Assembly (NCBI GenBank): GCA_046757165.1
Contig: JBHHXT010000173.1
Location: 1 to 10,780 of the forward strand
Direction: 5' to 3'
Length of the DNA: 10,780 nucleotides
Source: a bacterium
GTDB lineage: Bacteria; Zhuqueibacterota; Zhuqueibacteria; Oceanimicrobiales; Oceanimicrobiaceae
The translations under genes and the position numbers were made by a program. The first letter of the stretch is position 1. The number at the start of each line of letters is the position of its first letter. Below are positions 7,108-10,780 of the stretch, piece by piece. The notes under the pieces are model-generated. The model was not told the DNA's origin and made no database searches. It was given only the letters and a program-made list of their open reading frames with translations.

Positions 7108-9024
7108 ATGATAGACTCCCTCTGGCTCATCCCTCTTCTCCCGTTCGCAGGCTTTGTGGTGAACGGCCTGTTTGGTGCGAAACTCTCTGAAAAACAAGTT
7201 GGCGCCATCGGCTGCGCAGCCATCGGACTTGCCTTCCTGGCTTCGTGCACCGTCTTCGTCCAGTTCGTCGCGCTGCCAGAAGAGCAGCGCGTGGTCGTCC
7301 AGTCTCTGTACACATGGATCGAGACCGGCAACTTCAAAGTCCAGGTGAGCTTTCTGCTCGATGCCCTCTCTCTGGTGATGATCCTGGTGGTCACGGGAGT
7401 TGGAACTCTCATTCATATTTACTCTGTCGGCTATATGCGCGGCGACCGCGGCTTCTCGCGCTACTTTGCGTTCTTGAATCTCTTCACCTTCTCAATGCTG
7501 CTGCTGGTGATGGCGGATAACTTTCTGCTGCTGTTCGTCGGCTGGGAAGGCGTTGGTCTGTGCTCCTATTTGCTGATCGGTTTCTGGTTTGAAAACGACG
7601 ACACGGCCTACGCGGGCCGGAAAGCGTTTGTGGTCAACCGGATCGGCGACTTTGGGTTCCTGTTGGGCCTGTTTTTGATCTTTGCCCATTTTGGTTCTCT
7701 GAGTTTCGATGGCGTGTTCAGCCAGGCTCAGACTGTTCTCACCACGGGTCTGGCGACTGCGATCTGCTTGCTGCTGTTTGTCGGCGCCGCCGGCAAATCG
7801 GCTCAGATACCACTGTACGTCTGGCTGCCGGACGCGATGGCCGGGCCAACACCGGTCTCAGCGCTCATTCACGCCGCCACCATGGTGACTGCCGGGGTCT
7901 ATATGGTCGCGCGGTGTCATGTGCTCTACCTGCACTCGCCACTTGCGATGAACGTGCTGGCGGTCACCGGCCTGGCAACCGCGTTCCTGGCTGCGACCAT
8001 CGCCATGGTCCATACAGACATCAAACGCGTGCTGGCGTACTCGACCATCAGTCAGCTCGGCTTTATGTTTCTGGCTTGCGGTGTCGGGGCCTTTTCGGCC
8101 GGCATTTTTCATGTCAGCACGCACGCCTATTTCAAAGCGCTGCTGTTCCTGAGCGCGGGCAGTGTCATGCACGCCCTCAGCAACGAGACCGATATGACCC
8201 GCATGGGGGGCCTGAAATCCAGACTGCCCGTGACCTACCGCGTTTTTGTCATCGGTGCCATGGCGCTTGCGGGCGTGCCGCTCCTATCTGGTTTTTTTTC
8301 CAAAGATGAAATTCTGTGGAAGACGGCCAGCAGTCCCCTCGGGAATTTCAAGTTGTGGCTCGCCGGAGCGGCTGTGGCCGGTTTGACGGCGTTCTACACC
8401 TTCCGGCTGATCTACATGACGTTCCACGGCGATCTACGTGTGCCGCCTGAGATCAGAGCGAAAATCCATGAGTCACCCAAAATCATGACCGTGCCGCTCA
8501 CCATTCTGGCATTCCTGTCCATCGTCGGCGGATTCGTAGGCATTCCGCATCTCTTTCCCCATATCCAGCACTTTCTCGACCCGGTCTTCAAGCGCTATGT
8601 CACCACAGACCTTTTCGCAGGAAGACACGAGCTGGTGGCATTGGAGCTGTTGTTCATGACCCTTTCTGCCCTGATTGCGCTCCTGGGAATCGGCTTTGCC
8701 TACTGGCTCTACCGGGCACGGCCCGGACTGGCGGCAGCACTCGCCACCAGCCTGAAAGGTCTGCGCACGTTCCTGCACAACAAATGGTACGTGGACGAAT
8801 TGTACGACCTGCTCATCGTCAGACCGGTGAGCTGGTTTTCGCACCTCGTCCTCTGGCGCTGGCTCGATGTGAGACTCATCGACGGGTTCGTCAATCAAAT
8901 CGCAAGCTGGACGGGTCGTGCCAGCGATAACGTGCGCCGCATCGAGACGGGCTTGCTGCAAAACTACGCCCTGGCCATCGTTTTCGGTGCGGTCATTTTG
9001 GTGGGATATTTTCTGGTGAGGTAA
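7108..9024 (+). CDS. nuoL: NADH-quinone oxidoreductase subunit L
   Basis: 638 aa with GWEGVGLCSYLLIGFW, KAFVVNRIGD, GKSAQIPL.VWLPDAMAGPTPVSALIHAATMV, LAYSTISQLG, THAYFKALLFL and GFFSKDEIL. The C-terminal lateral-helix region (KWYVDELYD...IDG.VN...TG..QNYA) is typical of NuoL rather than MrpA. Confidence 0.97.
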   Translation: MIDSLWLIPLLPFAGFVVNGLFGAKLSEKQVGAIGCAAIGLAFLASCTVFVQFVALPEEQRVVVQSLYTWIETGNFKVQVSFLLDALSLVMILVVTGVGTLIHIYSVGYMRGDRGFSRYFAFLNLFTFSMLLLVMADNFLLLFVGWEGVGLCSYLLIGFWFENDDTAYAGRKAFVVNRIGDFGFLLGLFLIFAHFGSLSFDGVFSQAQTVLTTGLATAICLLLFVGAAGKSAQIPLYVWLPDAMAGPTPVSALIHAATMVTAGVYMVARCHVLYLHSPLAMNVLAVTGLATAFLAATIAMVHTDIKRVLAYSTISQLGFMFLACGVGAFSAGIFHVSTHAYFKALLFLSAGSVMHALSNETDMTRMGGLKSRLPVTYRVFVIGAMALAGVPLLSGFFSKDEILWKTASSPLGNFKLWLAGAAVAGLTAFYTFRLIYMTFHGDLRVPPEIRAKIHESPKIMTVPLTILAFLSIVGGFVGIPHLFPHIQHFLDPVFKRYVTTDLFAGRHELVALELLFMTLSALIALLGIGFAYWLYRARPGLAAALATSLKGLRTFLHNKWYVDELYDLLIVRPVSWFSHLVLWRWLDVRLIDGFVNQIASWTGRASDNVRRIETGLLQNYALAIVFGAVILVGYFLVR

Positions 9025-9025
9025 G

Positions 9026-10669
9026 ATGAAGCTGCCTTTTCTGTCCATCATCACCTTTCTTCCGGTCGCTTTTTCCGTCTTGTTGGTGTTCATCAAGAAG
9101 GAAAACGAACGTGCCATAAAAATGTTGGCGCTGGCGGCCAGCCTCATCGTGTTCCTGGTGTCCCTTTCTCTGTACTTCCAGTTCGCGGCAGTGCCGGAGA
9201 TGCAATTCGAGGAGCGCACGGCCTGGATACCGGCGTTAGGCGTGAGCTACCATCTGGGCATCGATGGCATCAGCCTGTTCATGGTGTTGCTCACCACCTT
9301 TCTGACGCCGATTGTCGTTTTGTCCTCCTGGAACGCCGTCTCCAAGAATCTCAAGGGCTACATGATTTCTATGCTGATGCTGGAGTCCGGCATCCTGGGG
9401 GTGTTTGTTTCTCTGGACTTGTTTCTGTTCTATGTTTTCTGGGAAGTCATGCTCATTCCGATGTATTTCATCATTGGCATCTGGGGGGGCGAACGGCGCA
9501 TTTACGCCGCGGTCAAATTCTTCCTGTATACGGTCGTCGGCAGTCTGCTGATGCTGGTTGCGATTCTGGTGATCTATTTCTACCACGGCGGTCTGGCAGG
9601 GGTGTACACCTTCGACCTGCCGACCATTCAGACAGCGACCCTCCCGGTGAGCTATCAAACCTGGCTTTTCCTTGCCTTCGGGCTGAGTTTTGCCATCAAA
9701 GTGCCGATGTTTCCGTTTCACACCTGGCTGCCTGACGCGCATGTGGAAGCACCCACAGGCGGCAGCGTGATTCTGGCCGCAGTGCTGCTGAAGATGGGAA
9801 CGTATGGCTTCCTCCGTTTTTGCTTGCCGCTTTTCCCGCGGGCTGCCGAGCAGTTCACCCCACTCATTCTGGCGCTTGGCTTCGTGGGCATCATCTACGG
9901 TGCTCTGGTGGCGATGGTGCAGCCGGATCTCAAGAAACTGGTGGCGTACTCCAGCGTCAGCCATCTCGGCTTCGTGATGATCGGGATTTTCAGCCTCAAC
10001 AACCAGAGCCTTCAGGGCGGGCTGCTGCAAATGGTCAACCACGGTCTTTCCACCGGCGCGCTCTTTTTGATCGTGGGGATGCTTTATGAGCGCAGACACA
10101 CGCGCCTCATTGCCGACTTTGGCGGCCTCGCCAGACAGCTTCCAATTCTGACGACCTGCTTCATGATCGTCACGCTTTCTTCGATTGGGCTGCCTGGACT
10201 CAACGGTTTTGTCGGCGAGTATCTCATTTTGCTCGGCACATTTTTGTACAAGAGGACCTATGCAGTTTTGGCAGCGACGGGCGTGATCTTAGCCGCCGTC
10301 TATATGCTGCTCATGTTCCAACGGGTGATGTTCGGCAAACTCGACAAAGAGGAAAATAAAAAGCTCGTCGACCTTTCTGCCAGAGAACTCGCGGTGCTGC
10401 TGCCAATTCTCGCATTCATCGTTGCGATTGGCGTGTATCCAAACTTCATCTTGAAAAAAATGGAACCGGCTGTGGACTACTTGATCACCACGGTTCAGGT
10501 CAGACAGGGGCATGAGGTGGCCCTGTACGGCGGGGCCGGGGCTCGCGATACGGCGCCTGACGCAGAGCGTCAGGAATTCGCTCCCACGCAGAGCATGGGA
10601 GCGAGATCTGAAAGCAGGGCATCGGAGCGAGAATTAGGCAGGCCAGACAAGGACATGGGGTTGCCTTGA
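9026..10669 (+). CDS. nuoM: NADH-quinone oxidoreductase subunit M with a repeat-derived hydrophilic C-terminal extension
   Basis: 547 aa with LGIDGISL, FWEVMLIPMY, AIKVPMFPFHTWLPDAHVEAP, LLKMGTYG, VAYSSVSHLG, NHGLSTGALF and LPGLNGFVGE. It starts 1 nt after the nuoL stop. Codons 491-547 lie inside the tandem repeat. Confidence 0.95.
   Translation: MKLPFLSIITFLPVAFSVLLVFIKKENERAIKMLALAASLIVFLVSLSLYFQFAAVPEMQFEERTAWIPALGVSYHLGIDGISLFMVLLTTFLTPIVVLSSWNAVSKNLKGYMISMLMLESGILGVFVSLDLFLFYVFWEVMLIPMYFIIGIWGGERRIYAAVKFFLYTVVGSLLMLVAILVIYFYHGGLAGVYTFDLPTIQTATLPVSYQTWLFLAFGLSFAIKVPMFPFHTWLPDAHVEAPTGGSVILAAVLLKMGTYGFLRFCLPLFPRAAEQFTPLILALGFVGIIYGALVAMVQPDLKKLVAYSSVSHLGFVMIGIFSLNNQSLQGGLLQMVNHGLSTGALFLIVGMLYERRHTRLIADFGGLARQLPILTTCFMIVTLSSIGLPGLNGFVGEYLILLGTFLYKRTYAVLAATGVILAAVYMLLMFQRVMFGKLDKEENKKLVDLSARELAVLLPILAFIVAIGVYPNFILKKMEPAVDYLITTVQVRQGHEVALYGGAGARDTAPDAERQEFAPTQSMGARSESRASERELGRPDKDMGLP
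10556..10606. repeat. REP-like double hairpin, copy 1
   Basis: CCTGACGC-AGA-GCGTCAGG (8-bp stem), then TCGCTCCCACGC-AGA-GCATGGGAGCGA (12-bp stem with one C.A mismatch). From memory, this resembles the GACGCAGAGCGTC...CCCACGCAGAGCGTGGGA palindromic repeats seen in diverse bacteria. Confidence 0.8.
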
Positions 10670-10699
10670 AGAGCGGGGTCAGCAATCGAGACACGGCTC

Positions 10700-10749
10700 G
10701 TGACGCAGAGCGTCACATGTACGCTCCCACGCAGAGCATGGGAGCGAGA
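10700..10749. repeat. REP-like double hairpin, copy 2
   Basis: GTGACGC-AGA-GCGTCAC (7-bp stem), a 5-nt spacer, then CGCTCCCACGC-AGA-GCATGGGAGCG. The spacing is the same as in copy 1. Confidence 0.8.
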
Positions 10750-10780
10750 GGTGGAGGGAAAGCAGAGCATGGGAGCGAGA

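Larger units (their letters stand above)
10496..10780. repeat. Tandem repeat with 143-bp period, two units (10496-10638; 10639 to window end), multi-hairpin
   Basis: 10496-10606 aligns without gaps to 10639-10749 at 88/111 identities (manual count). Each unit then has a short variable spacer and GAAAGCAG(G/A)GCAT(C/G)GGAGCGAGA (10610-10632; 10758-10780). Confidence 0.92.

Noticed and set aside
6263..10669. Mrp antiporter or DAB-type carbon pump operon instead of complex I
   Set aside because: The subunit order J-K-L-M and the motifs are canonical Nuo. There are no MrpE/F/G genes, no MrpA-type fusion and no DabA-like soluble subunit in the window.
10496..10780. CRISPR array
   Set aside because: The sequences between the palindromes are homologous to each other rather than unique spacers. 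The period is 143 bp and there are no cas genes in the window.

Overview
Bacterial genomic DNA with all genes on the + strand. The FlgD-Ig/T9SS-type 'QNYPNPFNPST' C-terminal domain suggests an FCB-group organism such as KSB1 or Calditrichota (inference). The window has four parts. (1) <3..4463 is the 5'-truncated end of a very large secreted multidomain protein: Ig-like/cadherin-like repeats, two DNRLRE/CBM96-like modules, IPT/TIG domains, a lectin-like beta-sandwich, an SGNH esterase inserted inside an IPT domain, dockerin-like and cohesin-like modules, and a sorting domain. (2) An AT-rich promoter region follows. (3) An apparent operon starts with an IT-superfamily (CitMHS_2 / 'sodium:proton antiporter'-type) transporter, followed directly by complex I membrane-arm genes nuoJ-K-L-M, with no nuoA-I upstream. 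(4) A 143-bp-period tandem repeat (10496 to the window end) overlaps the nuoM 3' end. It contains four hairpins per unit, including a REP-like double hairpin, and the two copies differ by three compensatory base-pair changes. The structured repeat, the transporter-led nuo operon and the SGNH-in-IPT insertion are the most interesting observations.
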